The notes below the pieces were generated by a model. It did not search any database, was not told the DNA's origin, and was given only the letters and a program-made list of their open reading frames with translations. Both the position numbers and the translations under genes were made by a program. Shown here piece by piece: positions 1-12,349 of a DNA stretch of 64,000 bases (the first letter of the stretch is position 1; each line of letters starts with the position of its first letter). The DNA is from the human T2T-CHM13v2.0 reference genome, Homo sapiens. The stretch lies in the NCBI RefSeq assembly GCF_009914755.1, contig NC_060940.1. The stretch is one strand, 5' to 3'.

Positions 1-505
1 ATTTGCTCAGTGTGAGACAACTATTGTATGCCTACATAGTGCATGGCCTTGTGCTTCCTGATCCATTCTTCGTGATTCCCTTGCTCTATGTGTATGGCAG
101 GTCTTCACCCCTGCAGGTAGTGTTTCCCAGGCTACCTTGTCAGCTAAATCTTGGCAGCATATGGCCCCTATTAAGAACTGGCTGGAGCTTGGAAGGCAGA
201 ATAAGGCAAAAAGGCGAGTATTTCTCCCTTTTTTTTCCCTGTGCTTTAAGTGTGGTTTCCATCAGCAGCTACTTCTCTTCCATGACTCCAGGTTCCTCCA
301 CGCAGTTCCGGGTTGTCCTCATTTATTCCCGTCCAGTAACTCTGCCTTCTGCTTTTCCCCCTGTAGTGAAAGAATGGCAAAAACATCTCCTCTTACCTGA
401 GGCTTATGAGCTCTTCTAACATCTGCATAAACGACTTCATAAATTAAATTATCTCTATTTCAAATTTAAAAAAAAGGATTTCCCTGAATGCTGAGTGACC
501 CAGCA
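1..505 (+). mobile_element. ERVL LTR fragment (LTR33-like)
   Basis: TGTTTCCCAGGCTACCTTGTCAGCT...GAGTATTTCTCCC...ATTAAATTATCTCT resembles recalled LTR33 consensus; ends approximate. Confidence 0.55.
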
Positions 506-594
506 AAACTGGAGTTGAATTTGAAGTCTCCACATTTGTGCTTGTATGATGTATGCTTTTCCCCTAGCAGTGCTTGGCAGTATGTTGTAATAAT

Positions 595-1230
595 AACAAC
601 AACAATAATGATAACTAACATTTAATAGAGGATTATTATTTTCCCTATTTAAAAAATGAGGAAACTGAGGCACAGAGAGGTTACATAGTCAGTGAGTAGT
701 CAGTGTTACTCAGGGTTCTCCAGAGAAACAATGGAACCAATAGGATATTCATTCATTCATTCACTCATTCAGAATTGGCTCATGTGATTATGGAGGCTGA
801 CAAGTCCCAAGATCTGCTATCAGCAAGCTGGAGATCCAGGAGAGCTGATGGTGTAGTTACAGTCTGAACGCTGGTAACCTTTATAGCCAGAAAGAGCACA
901 TGCTGCACTTTCAGTCTGAAGATAGGAAAGAACAAATGTCCCAGTTGAAAGAACTGTCAAGCAGAAGGAATTCCCTCTCACTTATGGAAATGCCAGACTT
1001 TCTATTCTATTTCTGCCTTTAACTGATTGGACAAGGCCTGCCCACATTAGGGAGGAAAATCTGCTTTACTCAGTTTACCTATTCAAATGTCAGTCTCATC
1101 AGAAACACCCTCGTAGACACTTGTAGAATAATGCTTGACAAATGTCTGAGCATCCCATAGACCAGTCAAGTAGATGCATGAAATTAACCATCACGGTGGT
1201 GGAGCCTCAATTCAAACCCAGGCAATCTCT
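595..1230 (-). mobile_element. MIR split by an MLT2 insertion (pieces ~595-703 and ~1195-1230)
   Basis: ATGAGGAAACTGAGGCACAGAGAGGTT core; resumes as GGTGGAGCCTCAATTCAAACCCAGGCA after the LTR. Confidence 0.75.
704..1194 (-). mobile_element. MLT2 (ERVL) solo LTR
   Basis: CAGGGTTCTCCAGAGAAAC..AACCAATAGGATAT at left and AAATTAACCATCAC at right are the reverse-complemented MLT2 termini. Confidence 0.85.
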
Positions 1231-1703
1231 ACCCATTGGAGTCTGAGGCTGAGCAATTTTTGAGATAGTGGCTGAAATATTGTGGAGTGATTGAAGTAAT
1301 GCTCTAATGGAAGTGTAAGCTGGGAAATACTAGTACTGATGATATTACTACTAATAATTATTGCTTTTAGAGATCAAGCCAAGATAAAGGTTTGGGAGTG
1401 GGAGGTATTGGAAGTCTCCAGGGAGCTTAGGAAACAGTTGAAACAAAAGTGCTGAAAGGTGTATTATGGAAGGTATAGGAGAAGCTGCTGCAACAGAAGG
1501 ACCAGAAAATACAGAGGTTTAAACAGAATGGAAGTTTATTTCTTCCCACATAACAGTTCAGAGGTGGGTGAGAAGGGTTTGCCAACCCCGATACATAGTT
1601 ACCATCTCTAGCCCAGCTTCTCCAGTTGTTAGCACCTCCCAGCCAATGGGAAGAAGGATTGCACAGAGCAGTGCATGGCTACCTTTTCTAGGATCTGCAC
1701 CTG

Positions 1704-2019
1704 AGCTGTCTGCCATGGCGACCATCTGTGGCTATTGCGCACTTGAAATATGGCAAGTGAGAATGAGGACGTGAATTTTGTATTTAATTTCATTCTAATT
1801 AGTTTAAATTTACATTTTGAAAAATCATACTCCATTCACTTATTTTTAAGGATGTTTGAATAACTTTTAAGGATGTTTGAATAACTTGGATATATTGAAT
1901 GTGCTTTTTCAACTACAAATTGTATAAAACTGAAATACAGATCAACTCTCCCTTCCTTCCTTTCTTCCTCCCCCGCTTCCTTTTTCTTTTTCTTTCTCTT
2001 TCTTTCTTTCTTTTTCTTT

Positions 2020-2083
<64 letters not shown>

Positions 2084-2687
2084 TTTCTCTTTTTCTTTCT
2101 CTTTCTTTTTGAGACAGGGACTTGCACTGTCACCCAGGCTGGAGTGCAGTGACACAATTATAGAGGACTGCAGCTTTGACCTCCTGGGCTCAGGTGATCC
2201 TCCCACCTCAGCCTCCCTAGGAGCTGGGACCACAGGTGTGCTCCACCATGCCCAGCTAATTTTTGTATTTTTTATAGAAACGGGGTTTCCTCATGTTGCC
2301 CAGGCTGATCTCGAACTCCTGGGTTCAGGTGATCCACCTGCCTTTGCCTCCCAAAGTGCTGAGATTACAGACATGAGCCACTGTGCCCAGCCCAGATCAA
2401 CTATTTCTAATGAAAATGTAGCATCTTCATTGAAATGTGCTGTGAGTGTAAAATACCCACTGGATTTTGAAGGCTGAGCGTGGAAGAAAACAATATAAGG
2501 TATCTGATTAATACTTTCTTATATTGCTTACATGTTGAAATGATAATATTTTAGACATTTTGGGTTAAATAAAATATATTATTGAAGTTAATTTCCCTTG
2601 TTTCTTTTTACTTTTAAAAAATACAGCTACTAGAAAATTCAGAATTACATATGTGGCTCATGTTATATTTCTGTTGGACAGTGCTGG
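1704..2687. mobile_element. hAT-Charlie DNA transposon (Charlie1/MER33/MER3 family), interrupted by an Alu
   Basis: TGTGGCTATTGCGCACTTGAAATATGGC at left; ACATATGTGGCTCATGTTATATTTCTGTTGGACAGTGCTG terminus at right. Confidence 0.75.
1948..2392 (-). mobile_element. AluJ with tail expanded into a (TTTC)n microsatellite (~1950-2110)
   Basis: Full dimeric Alu; TSD CAGATCAACT at 1938-1947 and 2393-2402. Confidence 0.95.
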
Positions 2688-3139
2688 TCTAGACAACTAA
2701 AAAATGTACACGTCACTTGAGCTCACATCCATTGAGCAGGAATTAGTCATGTGTAGGCACCAACCTGCAAGGGATGCTGGGAAGTGTAGATGTCATCTCA
2801 GCTAAGCAGCCAAGTATCTGCAGAGAATTAGCAGTGATGGACAGTCAGCAGCCTCTGCTTTGGAAAGACCAGAAGTTATGATCAGAGATGGTACAGGCAT
2901 GACAAGGTCCAGGATGTAATAGAGTGTAAATAGTTAATCCAGAGGAGGAGGTTAAGCAATTGTGGATAATCATTTTGTCATTAAATGCAAGATACTTATC
3001 TTCCTATTTAGTCTACCAAAAAGACACAAATACAATTCTTTTCAACAACTGTCTTGGACACTATTACCAGGTTGCACCTTAAATTTTAAGTGAGCATTAC
3101 AATTTTATACATATCATCATATAATCCTTATAAGAGCCA

Positions 3140-3210
3140 GCACTCAGCACAATGCCTGGCTTGTTGTAGGTGCTCAACAAACATTAGTTGAACAAATATA
3201 TGAATGAATT
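3140..3210 (+). mobile_element. L2 3' end
   Basis: GCACAATGCCTGGC..GTAGGTGCTCAACAAACATTAGTTGAA..TGAATGAAT. Confidence 0.7.
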
Positions 3211-3256
3211 AGGCCATTTAGATGGAGATAAAAGAAAAGGAAGTAAAAAATACATA

Positions 3257-3960
3257 ATTCATTTATTCAACAAATATTTGAGCATTTACTGTGCTAGGCA
3301 CTGGGGATATAGCAGTGAACAAAAGAGACAATTCTCTTCTCTGGAGGAACAAGGCTTAAAATAAACAAGCAAGCATACAAATATTGTAATACGATATCAG
3401 TTCACAATAAGTACAGTCATGTGCTGCATGACAATGTCTCGGTCAATGACAGACTGCATTTGTATGATGATAGTCCCATAAGATTATAATACCGTATTTT
3501 TACCGCACGTTTTCTTTGGTTAGATACACAAATACTTACCATTGTGTTACAGTTGCCTACAGTATTCAGTACCACAACATGCTGTGCAGGTTTTTAGCCT
3601 AGGAGCAATCGGCTATATACCATGTAGCCTAGATATGTAGGAGGCTCTACCGTCTAGGTTTGCGTAAGTACACTCGATGATGTTTGCACAATGACAAAAT
3701 CACCTGACATTGCATTTATCAGAGTGACGTGAGTAAGGTAGAATTGGAGATGTCTGTGGGAAGAGCATGACAGGTAAGAGGAACAGCAAGTTCAAAGACC
3801 CTGAGGCCAGAATGTGCTAGTGTTAGTGGAGTAACAGCCAAGAAGCCAATGTGGCTGGCAAGGAGTGGGTTAAGAGTAAGAATAACAGAAGATGAAGTCA
3901 GAACTGGTGACAGACTAAGATTGTATTTGATTTTTATCTTCAGTGAGAGGGAGACCCGCA
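3257..3960 (-). mobile_element. L2 interrupted by Tigger3
   Basis: TTCATTTATTCAACAAATATTTGAGCATTTACTGTGCTAGGCACTGGGGATA; continues GAACAGCAAGTTCAAAGACCCTGAGG. Confidence 0.75.
3414..3735. mobile_element. Tigger3/MER7 (TcMar) DNA transposon
   Basis: TA|CAGTCATGTGCTGCATGACAATG terminus; internal TTACAGTTGCCTACAGTATTCAGTAC, AGCCTAGGAGCAAT. Confidence 0.85.
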
Positions 3961-4837
3961 GAAGAGTGTCCTTCTTTGAACCTGTTTAAAATTGTTACTG
4001 CACCTTTTTGTAAACAATTCCTGTCACAGAAGGCAAGGAGGTGTGAACAACCTTGTGAATGAGAGCCCAGGTAGGGAGAGAGCCAAGCTTTTTCTGACTT
4101 TTGCTAAAGAGCTTTCAGAAATTGGTTTACTTAGCTGTGTTTAGCATTCCCACACTTTCTCTTTGGCAGACTGAAGAGACAGCAAAGTGTTATTTTGGGC
4201 TTCCTTCCAGACTTGGAATTAGTTTGTTTTCGTCTTTTATCACAAACATCCTGCTGCCCTTTGACAGTATTCCTGGTAATGGAACCTTTTTGTTTTGTTA
4301 TATTTTAATCTGCTTAGTGCATGTGGCTTGTCTATCTGGCTTCACAAATCACTGGTTATCATCACAGTCAATGGTCTGTGTCCAGCCAATTTCACAGACA
4401 AACACCTCTTTCCTGGTCACAGGCCCTGATGTGGGGAAGTCTGATTTACAAAGTCAATAAAAATGCATTCAGGGAATTACTGGGCCCTGCTGGCTTAATA
4501 TACGAGATTAAAATCTCCAAGTTTGGGACAACGAGAAGTCATTTAACACACGTAAGATGGCAAGTGGATTATGGAAATGTCAGCTGGTCAGGGTCAGGCA
4601 CCACTGGGAGGGGATTTATTGGAAGATGAAGAGACTAATTGATTAATTGCCTTCAGTACTTTTCCCAGGGTGACCTGGGGAAGATATCATACTACATCAC
4701 TGGTCACTTTGGAGAGTGGACAATTTTTCATAGTGGAAGGTCATCTAGACCCAAACCAGGAGGGTATTTTTAAAGAAAAATAATTTTTTAATTAAAAGTT
4801 TTACTCATTGCCAAATTAGTAAGTGTTCCTTTTACAT

Positions 4838-5225
4838 GTTGTAGTTTGGCTAACCTGGAAGGTGGACTCTAAGAGAGGAATTTGCATACAGTTTACTAGG
4901 GAGTACCCTTGGAATCACACAACTCAGGGAGGGAGGAAAGCAGGCCTGGCAGAGGAAGAAATTGGGCTGTGATGCAGTTGCAACAGAGGCTTAAGCTGAT
5001 CGCGGGAAAACTCGGGAACTGGGATTAGGGAAAGGGACCAGTTATTGGATGTAGATATCCCCAAGAAAGGTGTGTGACCCTGAGTGAGGCTGCTCTCAGC
5101 TGAGGACAATTCTTGGAAAGTGTTTCGGCTGAGAGTTGTTAGTGGCTAATGTTCCCAGCAGCTGAGGAAGGAGTTCATCAGGCCAGCAGTGGGGATCTGG
5201 GTGGCACACCACAGCATCCACCAGA
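4838..5225 (-). mobile_element. LTR16-family (ERVL) solo LTR
   Basis: Right end is reverse complement of TGGTGGATGCTGTGGTGTGCCACCCAGATCCCC. Confidence 0.75.
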
Positions 5226-5734
5226 ATAAACATCTTAGAAAATAGAAGCAAAAGGAAGGAAATAAAAATGACTCCAGATTGCACCATGTTGAGAAGAGGA
5301 TTGTTAACTTTTTGGTGTGTATCTTCTAAATCTTTTATATCATAAATATATAGGTAAAGGCATAGATACCTATATCTATATACAGATACATATATAGGTA
5401 TATACATAGAGATATATGTACATATATCAATTGTGTATTGTGTATTTTCTTTATACATATGCAAAAATGAATCATGTTATTTCATCTTGTTTTTTCTTAA
5501 CATAAACTTTTTTTCTGTGTTAATGTAGATTAAAACAGATACATCTAGTTCTTGACCCAGAATTTCACAGCAAAGAATTTGCACTGGGGAAATAATCCGA
5601 GATGCACATACAAGATGTTTACTGCCGTATTATTTATAACACTTAAAAAATCTGGAACAACCAAATGTCCAACAGTAAGGGTCTAATTAAATTACATTAT
5701 AGGATATCCCTACTGTGACCATCAAAGTTTAGAA

Positions 5735-6043
5735 CAGGGGTCCCCAACCCCTGGGACCGGTACCGGGCTGCATAGCAGGAGGTGAGCGGCGGGTGAATGA
5801 ACACTACCACCTGAGCTCCGTCCCCGTCGATCATCAGCAGCATTAGATTCTCATAGGAGGGCAAACCCTGTTGTAAACTGTGGATGCGAGGGATCTAGGT
5901 TGCACACTCCTTATGAGGATCCAATGCCTGATAATCTGAGGTGCAGTTTCACCCAAGAATCCTCTCCCAACCCTGCCCCAGTCCATGGAAAAATTGTCTT
6001 CCATGAAACTGGTCCTTGGTGCCAAAAAGGTTGGGGACCACTG
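5735..6043. mobile_element. MER1B (hAT-Charlie) inserted in an old L1M 3' fragment
   Basis: TIRs CAGGGGTCCCCAACC / GGTTGGGGACCACTG; 8-bp TSD GTTTAGAA / ATTTAGAA. Confidence 0.9.
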
Positions 6044-6167
6044 ATTTAGAAGTTTATTTTAATGATGTGAGAAACTGTGACCAATATATGGTTAATTTTT
6101 TAAAGATATACAAACATTAGCATTTTGTAGAAAAAAGCTTATGTGCATTGAAAAAGAAATAGTAGAA

Positions 6168-6294
6168 GCCAGGCACAGTGGCATGTGCCTATAGTCCCAG
6201 CTACTCTGGAGGCTGAGGAAGGGTCACTTGAGTCCAGGAGTTCAAGGCCAGCCTGGGCAACATAGTGAGACCCGGTCTCAAAAAATATATATAC
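6168..6294 (+). mobile_element. FLAM (free left Alu monomer)
   Basis: Monomer with A-tail; TSD AGAAATAGTAGAA / AGAAACAGTAGAA. Confidence 0.9.
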
Positions 6295-6344
6295 AGAAAC
6301 AGTAGAATATCAACCAAAATGTTACCATGGTTAAATGGTTATAT

Positions 6345-6433
6345 CAGGTCTTGAATTCCTGGCCTCAAATGATCTGTCTGAATCAGCCTCCCAAAGTGCT
6401 GGGATTACAGGCATAAGCCACTGAGCCTGACCC
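6345..6433 (-). mobile_element. Alu 5' fragment without poly(A) tail
   Basis: TCAGCCTCCCAAAGTGCTGGGATTACAGGCATAAGCCACTGAGCCTGACC. Confidence 0.85.
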
Positions 6434-6514
6434 CAATGGTTCTGGCTAGTGCCTTTTCTTTTCTTGTTTTTAAAAATTGTTTTGCATTCTTTTTCTTTGT
6501 CAGAATGTGTTCTT

Positions 6515-7187
6515 ATTATTAGAGTTTATAGATTTAGGTGGTACAAATGCAGTTTTGTTACGTGGATACACTGTGTAGTGGTGAAGTGTGGGCTTTTGGT
6601 GTAACCATCACCTGAATAATGTATATTGTACCCAATAGGTAATTTCTTATTCCTCACCTGCCTTCCCACTCCTCCTTTTTGCGTCTCCATTGTCTATGAT
6701 TTCACTCTGTATGTCCATGTGGACCCACTGTTTAGCCCCCACTTATGAGTGAGAATATGTGGTATTTGACTTTCTGTTTCTGAGTTATTTCACCGAGTAT
6801 AATGGCTTTCAATTCCATCTTTGTTGCTGCAAAAGACATGATTTCATTCCTTTTTTAGCCATATATGTATCACACTTTCTTTATCCAGTCATCCACTGAT
6901 GGACACTCAGGTTGATTCTCTATCTTTGCTATTGTTAATAGTGCTGTAATAAACATATGAGTGCAGATATCTTTTTTATGTAATGATTTCTTTTCCTTTG
7001 GGTAAATATCCGGTAGTGATTGCTGGATTGCGTGGTAGTTCTATTTTTAACTCTTTGAGAAATCTACGTACCATTTTCCATAGAGGTTGCATTAATTTAC
7101 ATTCCCACCAATAGCATATAAGCATTTCCTTTTATCTGCATCCTCGCTGACATCTGTTGTATTTTTTGACTTTTTAATAACACTCAC
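6515..7187 (-). mobile_element. 5'-truncated L1MA
   Basis: GGTACAAATGCAGTTTTGTTACGTGGATA 3' UTR plus ORF2 C-terminal sequence; TSD TCAGAATGTGTT / TCAGAATGTATT. Confidence 0.85.
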
Positions 7188-7249
7188 TCAGAATGTATTA
7201 TTTTGTAATTAGAAAAAAGCATTTAAAATATTTTCGGTTGGTCCCCAAA

Positions 7250-7910
7250 TATTTTTAACACTACTTAAAAGTTAAACCAGTAATTAATGCACATGGCACA
7301 ACAGTCAATAAAACAAAATGCCATACAATGAAAAGTTGTCTCTCATTCCAGAAACCTCCTTCTTCTCCAGTTCTCTCCCCAAGAGGCAACCGCTATAAGG
7401 AGTTTCTCATCCATCCTTGTGGAAACAGCATATGTAACATATACACACACAACAGCACAGTCTTTACACTGTTCAACACCCCCCAACTTAATGTACCTTG
7501 GAGAACTTTCTAAATCACAACATATAGATCAACTTTATTCTTCTATTGCCTAAGTAGTATATTACTATATGGCCATATCATACTATGGATAACTTTTTAT
7601 TTTTGCAAATATTGTTGTAATGACCATTATTCTACAATGTTAAAAAATACTCATGTACGGGTTTTTGTTGGACAAATTCCTAGAAGGAGAATTGCTGAGT
7701 CTGTTGGTAAGTGTATTTTAAATTCTGAGAGGTATTTTCAGACTTCTCTCCAAAGAGGCTGCCTCATTACCAGGAATGTGTATGCCTATGACTTCACACC
7801 CTTGGGATATCTTGTTCTATCAAAGTCTTTGTTTTTGTCAGTCTGGTGGGTGAAATGTACAGCTTGTCAATGTTTTAGATTGCATATCTTTATAAACAAT
7901 CATCTTTAAG
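7250..7910 (-). mobile_element. Old L1M(E) fragment
   Basis: AAATTCCTAGAAGGAGAATTGCTGAGTC..CTCTCCAAAGAGG degraded L1 antisense. Confidence 0.6.
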
Positions 7911-8184
7911 GGAAGGACAATAAAGTAAGGTTGTGAGAGATTTTGTATTTTAATTTTCCTTTCTTTCCTCTCTCATCTCCGCTTTCCTTCTTCCCTCCCT
8001 TTGAGTTTGAGATGAGAATGTCTACAGAGGATGTAGGGAAAGGGTGGAGGAAGAAATAGAGTTAGCAAATAATGAAGAGAGAAGTCCTGTAGGTAAGGAA
8101 GGAGGGAATGGAATTTTCTCTTACCTCTGAAGTTAGCTCATTCATCCAACAAATACTTCTTAGGGAGTATATTAGGGAGTATCA

Positions 8185-8616
8185 TTTACCCTCATCTGCC
8201 TCCCTCTGTTGCAGGGGAGTTTACTTTTCCACCTCATTGATGTTGAACTTGACCATGTGACTTGCCAATGAGGAAGTAACAGATTTGATGTAAGCTGAGG
8301 CTCCGTACTTGGTTGCACCATTGATGTGACTGCATTTGACTGTGTCCAGTGATTTACCATGACAAGAGCTTTCTCCCACATGGCTGCTGCCCCTTTTTCC
8401 TGGGCCCCAGTACAAGTACACTTGGTCAGACCTAAACTCATGCACAGCCTGGAGCCAAGCAAGGCTGAGCTGCAGGCTGAAGCAGAGCTTTCCGGGTAAC
8501 CTGAACTCCTGTTGCAGATTCATGAGCTTGAGAATAAATGTTCCTTGAATAAATCATTGAGCTTTGGGGTAGTTTGTTGTGCAACATGGTGACTGTGGCA
8601 GTAACTGACTGAAACA
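8185..8616 (+). mobile_element. MLT1 (H/I/J-type) solo LTR inserted in an antisense L2 (~8140-8760)
   Basis: GACCATGTGACTTGCCAATG; AATAAATG..GTTTGTTGTGCAACA..TAACTGACTGAAACA end. Confidence 0.7.
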
Positions 8617-8974
8617 CCCACTCTGTGCCCAATGTTCTTTTAGAATATTCCAGTAAACAAAAATAAATAAAAAAACTTTCTTCTACCACTGAGTTTACTT
8701 TCTTGTAGGGGGAGATAGACACTAAGCAAATATGTCAGATGGCGATAGGTGTCATGGGCCTCTGCTGTCAACACAACATGTTCATTATTCAGGCCTCCTT
8801 AAGGCAGTCTCTGGTTTCCGTCTGAGGACATAGTTGGGCTATCCCTGCTATGGCCTCCAGGTTGTGGACAAACCGATCCTGTAGTTCCCCCCCCTTTCCA
8901 CTGTGCCCTCTCCTTCCTGTGCTCGCTGTGGTCCTGCCAATTTCTTCCTGGCAACACAGGGCAAGAGCTGGCAT

Positions 8975-9190
8975 GAATTAATAGCCACCATTCATTGAGC
9001 ATCAAGTTCTATGTGCCTGGCACTGTGATAAGCATTCTATATGTTTGAATGTGCACAAACTTTTATGAGATAGCTACCGTTATTATCTCCATTGTACAGA
9101 TGAGGAAACTGAGAATCACAGAGAAGAGGAGGAATCAGAACTTGAACCATGGCAGACAATCTCAGGAGTCCATAATATCTTAACTGTGAT
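8975..9190 (-). mobile_element. MIR
   Basis: CATTGTACAGATGAGGAAACTGAGAATCACAGAG. Confidence 0.8.
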
Positions 9191-9509
9191 ACTATAAATG
9201 CGTGTCAACAGAAAGCAAATCTTTCTGTTTCTTTTAAAAAGTTGGATATTTTGACTTTTGGAGTAAATATTCCTAGGGTCACTGATTTTTCACTCACTGG
9301 CTCTTGCTTTTTTGCAACAGTTAAAGTCATAATCAATTAAATTATTTAGCATATACACCTAATCTGTTCCAGGAGCTCTCTACACTTTAGGGATATAAAA
9401 ATTAGGATAGACTTGGTATTCTAGTGAGTCTAGAAGTTCACAGTCTAATAATAAAGATGTAAACAAATGACCACAGCAGGCTGCAGATTGGATTATATAA
9501 AAATATAAC

Positions 9510-9810
9510 TAATAATAACATAGCAGATAACATTTGTCGAGCACTGACAACATGCTAGACATTGTGTTAAGTACTTTACAGACATTATCTTGCATGAGAT
9601 TCTACAGATGAGGAAACTAAGGCTTAAAGAACCATCCCCTGCCCACGGTAGTGCTGCCAGATGAAATTCAAATTTCAATTAAACTTGTCCCATACTTATA
9701 CCGAAAAATTATTCATTGTTTATCAGAAATTCAAATTTAACTGTGTATTCTGTATTTTTAGTTGCTGAATCTGGCAACCCATGTCCAAGGTCACCTTTGA
9801 ACCCAAAGCT
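9510..9810 (-). mobile_element. MIR containing a MER53 (hAT) insertion at ~9650-9780
   Basis: CTACAGATGAGGAAACTAAGGC; MER53 motifs TGCCAGAT..TTATCAGAAATTCAAATTTAACTG..ATCTGGCAACCC. Confidence 0.75.
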
Positions 9811-9984
9811 GTTTCACGCTGGAGATGAGGCTTGCCATCCCCACCACACACTGTACCTAAAACACCCACACAACCAACAGGCAGCATGCTTTCAAATGCC
9901 CCTTGGTGCCGGGTAATCTTCAGACCTTACTGGCCTTCTAGAGTCAATGCACCAGAATGGTATAGGCACTCAGAGAAATTAGCG

Positions 9985-10008
9985 GTGTGTGTGTGTGTGT
10001 GTGTGTGT
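9985..10008. repeat. (GT)12 microsatellite
   Basis: Seen directly. Confidence 0.95.
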
Positions 10009-10079
10009 ACAGAGATGGAGACAGGAGGTAAGGGGGAATCTTGCCACCTTTGCCCTCCAGGTGCCGAGGAGACAGCAGC

Positions 10080-10360
10080 TAAGCAGCAAAATGAGTGGCT
10101 CATCTCTGGGCTGCTCCTTCCGGAGGGAAATCAATGATTTAGTTAAAGCCTCGCCTGCCCAGTGCTGCGGATTGGGGCCATCCCGAAGGAGCTGCTCTGC
10201 AGAGCCTTTTTATAAACCGGCATCAATTTACACTCCAAATGAAGTCCTAATAAACTGCTGCCGCAGCCCTGCCAGGAGTAGGCCGGGTAAACACTTCCTT
10301 TTAATAAAACACGTGCACACTGGTCTCAGCAGGGCTGGAGCTTTTGTGCACACAGCGTCG
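10080..10360. promoter_or_regulatory. Candidate enhancer / conserved non-coding element
   Basis: Repeat-free; 10 CpGs in 10121-10360; ATCAATGATTTA, TTTTATAAA, TAATAAAA, CACGTG motifs; function inferred only. Confidence 0.35.
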
Positions 10361-10579
10361 GAGCCTGGACCCAGGGGCCTGGGGGAAGAATCCCTGCACA
10401 GCCCATTGGTGTAAGTTCATCTGTTCTCACTCGCCCAGGTCGCTGCTCCTGGTCTTTAGATTCCCAGTGTGGGAGAAGCCTTAGATTTCCACCAGGGCAA
10501 TCCCACATTGGATGCTGCTGGAACTCTAGTGTTTCCCAACAATCCGTCCACCATTCCTCACCGCTTTCCTTGGGGGAAC

Positions 10580-10870
10580 AGTGAAGCCATGCTTGTTAGG
10601 AACTCTGGTCTAGAGTCAGGAAGTTTGAATTCACGTACAGATTCGATCTCTTGCTAGCTGTGTGACCTTGAGTGTATTTACTCAGCTTCTCTGTGCTTTG
10701 TTTTATCATTTATAAAATAAAGATAATAGCATCTACCATTTAAAGTTGTTGCACAGTGATTGGCATAAATACTTAGTTACAACTGTTATTGTGATTTTAT
10801 TACTAAACTGGCTTTATATATCATGATGTGACATTGTTAGCACATAATGAGTGCTCAGTAAATGGTATAG
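10580..10870 (+). mobile_element. MIR
   Basis: TAGCTGTGTGACCTTGAG..TTCTCTGTGCTTTGTTTTATCATTTATAAAATAAAGATAATAG. Confidence 0.75.
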
Positions 10871-11329
10871 TATTTGTATTATTATATTTAATATGATTAC
10901 AAGAATTGGTAATCCATATCAGAAAAACCTTTATAACTTTGAGACAAGGTTATGTTGCTATAAATTCTATCTGTTGTCCTAACTCCATCCTCCTGAAACT
11001 AAACAAAACAAATTTAATCCTAACAACCTTCACATATTTGCCCCACTCCCAAATGTGTCCTAAATTCTGTTTCATTTAGGTGAAACTGCACCAATTACTT
11101 CAGCTACTGATCCAAAGATGCCCTAGTTTTTTTCCTAGGAAGCCTCATGTTTAAAATGAGGAATCAAATACTTATCTTCCAGGAAGGCCTAAGTTAGTGC
11201 TCATTAAAGCTCTAAGTTTGTAGCACAAAGTAAGTACTCTTTCCTTCTGCCTCCCACGTGAAAACAGAGCGTCCTAGTCCCACCTCCCGAAAGCCAGCCT
11301 AGCTAGTGATTATGACTGGGGTAGTTTGC

Positions 11330-11530
11330 CTGGGTGCAAAGCTGGCTTCATCAAAGCCGTCTGACCTTGGGCAAGTTATGTAACCTCTCTTTGCTTCACA
11401 TACGTCACCTGTAAGATGGCAATAATAACACTGTGTGCTTGTGTTGATTTGCTGAGACAATCCGGGTAAAGCATGTAGCACAGTGCCTGGTGTACAGTAG
11501 GTTCTCAATCCATCTTGGGCGATTATTATT
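11330..11530 (+). mobile_element. MIR
   Basis: TGACCTTGGGCAAGTTATGTAACCTCTCT..GTAAAGCATGTAGCACAGTGCCTGG. Confidence 0.8.
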
Positions 11531-11584
11531 CCAAGTGAGCCACACAGAACTAAAGGTAGTGCTCAAGAGGAGAGCACTGTTTCT

Positions 11585-12327
<743 letters not shown>

Positions 12328-12349
12328 GTTCCCTAACCCTTTCTTTGGT

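Larger units (their letters stand above)
1470..2860 (-). mobile_element. Old MLT1 (MaLR) LTR interrupted by a hAT element
   Basis: AGCTGCTGCAACAGAA..GAAGTTTATTTCTTCCCACATAACAG at left; CACATCCATTG..AGTCATGTG..CTGCAAGGGATGCTGGGAAGTGTAG at right. Confidence 0.6.

Noticed and set aside
1899-2477. 192-aa ORF
   Set aside because: (TTTC)n tail plus antisense Alu translation
9989-10414. 141-aa ORF over the CpG-retaining island
   Set aside because: Non-ATG start within (GT)n, no domain, no convincing splice structure; better explained as non-coding
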